A stretch of DNA of 64,000 bases. Source: Octopus sinensis (taxonomy: Eukaryota). The position numbers and the translations under genes were made by a program. This document shows, one piece after another, positions 62,050-64,000 of the stretch; the stretch's first letter is position 1; each line of letters begins with the position of its first letter. The notes under the pieces are model-generated. The model searched no databases and was not told where the DNA came from. It saw only the letters and a program-made list of their open reading frames with translations. The stretch covers positions 16,368,001-16,432,000 of the forward strand of contig NC_043020.1 in NCBI RefSeq assembly GCF_006345805.1, in the 5' to 3' direction.

Positions 62050-62390
62050 AGTAAGAAGCTTGCTTCTAAACCACATAGTTCCAGGTTCAGTCCCATTGTA
62101 TGACACTTTAGGCAAGTGTCTTCTACTATAGTCTTGGGCCAACCAAAGCCTTTGTGAGTGAATTTGGTAAATGGAAAATGAAAGCAGCCCATCATGTGTG
62201 TGTCTGTGTTTGATCCCACCACCACCACTTAACCAGTGTTGGTGTGTTTATGTCCCTGTAACTTAGCCGTTCTGCAAAAGAGACTGATAGAATAAGTACC
62301 AGTCTTTAAAAAAATGTTAGTCCTGAAGTTGATTTGTTCAATTAAAACTTTTCAAGACATGGCCACAGTCAAATGACTGAAACAACTAAG
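62050..62390 (+). mobile_element. SINE family A (older)
   Basis: Degenerate full-length match. Confidence 0.8.
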
Positions 62391-62477
62391 AGATGAAAGA
62401 CTTATAAAAGACTAGGAACATACATGTAATGCTTAGTTGTATTTTAGAAGGTCCCCAAAGGAATTAAACAGACAAGT

Positions 62478-62826
62478 TTTATAATCTCTGCCCTTTCAGT
62501 TGTGTTTGTTTGTTTGTCTGTGGACAAGATATCTCAAGAACCACTGAATGGATTCGGATAAAACTTTCAGAGATGCTTGGCCTCGTGACTGGCACGAACC
62601 GATTAGATTTTGGGATTGATCTGGTACCAGACAAGGATTCTGGATTATTTTACCTGTTTTTTATTTAATTTTCAAGAGCAGTCAGGTTCATTTTTAGTAT
62701 TCTCGTTTGTGATATCAGTCGAGTTTATTTCAGATATTCTCATTTTAAAAATCATCTCTGGCTAATCATTGAGAGGATGTTGGTGTTGCCTTGGCACAGG
62801 CTTGCATTCTCTGAGCGCTCTTGTTT
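62478..62826 (+). mobile_element. Non-autonomous Helentron/Helitron2 (DINE-1/HINE-like)
   Basis: 5' T-tract plus ctctgcc, (TTTG)n/tgtctg microsatellite, gaatggattcggataaaactttca, and 3' ccttggcacagg plus hairpin gcattctctgagcgc before TT. Confidence 0.65.
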
Positions 62827-62857
62827 TTTATGTTTTCATTCTGCTTCATATATATAT

Positions 62858-63113
62858 ATGTGGCACGTAAAATGCACCAATCCGACCATGGCCGATGCCA
62901 GCCTCGCCTGGCACCAGTGCAGGTGGCACGTAAAAAGCACCCACTACACTCACGGAGTGGTTGGCGTTAGGAAGGGCATCCAGCTGTAGAAACATTGCCA
63001 GATAAGACCGGAGCCTGGTGCAGCCTTCTGGCTTCCCAGATCCCCGGTCGAACCGTCCAACCCATGCTAGCATGGAGAACGGACGTTAAACGATGATGAT
63101 GATGATGATGATG
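62858..63113 (+). mobile_element. Family E element
   Basis: Near-identical to the reverse complement of 52345-52560. Confidence 0.9.
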
Positions 63114-63654
63114 ATATATATTTACAACCATATCTATGCTCTTAGCAATCAATATATGATCTTTAAAAATCTTTCTTTGATTTCTGGATATTTCCTTTGA
63201 CAAAAAGAGAATCTCATAAACCTGAGTTTTCTTGAAAAAAAAATTTGCCAATATCTTAATAATTTACTGTTTATCTCTTTAAACCCTTCAAACATTTATC
63301 TCACTCTGTCAAATGTAATGCTTATTTATTTGCATTGTTTTTAATTAATCATGAATTATCTGGAAACTTCAAGATCTTGATATGATTGTTTAGTTTTAGA
63401 ATGAAATTGTAGAGTGGGTCTGAGGGGCCCTTTTATTTTCTTTGTTTACTTTTTTTCATTTATTTCTTATTTTTTTATTTTATTTTCTTTCCTTTTTCTT
63501 TCTTTCTCCCCCTTTTTCTCTACCACATGACTTTGTAAATAAACAATCTGGTGTGTTTATTTTAATTGCCTATCAGTGTATACAGTGAATTTCTTTGCCC
63601 TGGGTGTCAGGAAGACACTCAGCAAGAGATGAAAACAAAATTGGATAATGATAA

Positions 63655-63860
63655 TAATGGTTTTAAACTTTGGTCCAAAACCAGCAGTTTTAGAAGCGGG
63701 ACAAGTCAATTATGTCAATACCAGTACTCAAATGGTTCTTATTTTGTTGACCCTAAAAGGATGAAAGGCAAAGTCAGCCACAGTGAAATATGAACTCAGA
63801 ATATAATGAAGCAGAAGGAATACCACTAGGCACTGATGCTCAAGTGATACTGGCAGCTCA
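63655..63860 (-). mobile_element. Decayed SINE family B
   Basis: aaggatgaaaggcaaagtcagcc...gaactcagaa. Confidence 0.65.
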
Positions 63861-64000
63861 CCATTTACTGTATTTTAACATGTATAAGGAACCCCCTTTT
63901 TTTTCAAAAATTAAGTTTAAAAAATATGGGATTTTCTTATACATGGATTGTATTATAATCCCTTACAAAACTTTTTTTCAAAATTTTACGCCCCAAAATT

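Overview
Eukaryotic, AT-rich, repeat-saturated non-coding DNA. The repeat repertoire and an 18S fragment suggest an octopod cephalopod (Octopus-like); this is inferred, not verified. No host protein-coding exon could be established, and nearly all ORFs in the track are microsatellite translations or transposon remnants. The window holds dozens of SINE or SINE-like copies (labelled families A-J here; these labels are my own). It also holds a 5'-truncated, frameshifted CR1-group LINE (35814-38206), three RTE LINE families, several Dong/R4-type LINE relics, mariner/maT/Tc1/Tigger remnants, TTAA (piggyBac-type) MITEs, Helitron/Helentron derivatives, Penelope-like pLTR pieces, long microsatellites and a 100-N gap. 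The most notable observations are: (1) a type-I hammerhead ribozyme with an intact core inside a near-perfect 173-bp foldback (Penelope-like pLTR), plus a second decayed hammerhead; (2) an 18S rRNA V4 fragment captured inside a SINE; (3) LINE-SINE 3'-tail partnerships visible within the window (CR1 with SINE-A, with a covarying stem-loop; RTE with family E); (4) several locally templated duplications, one of which preserves the empty pre-insertion site of a SINE. Family assignments rest on recalled motifs, not database searches, and many boundaries are approximate.
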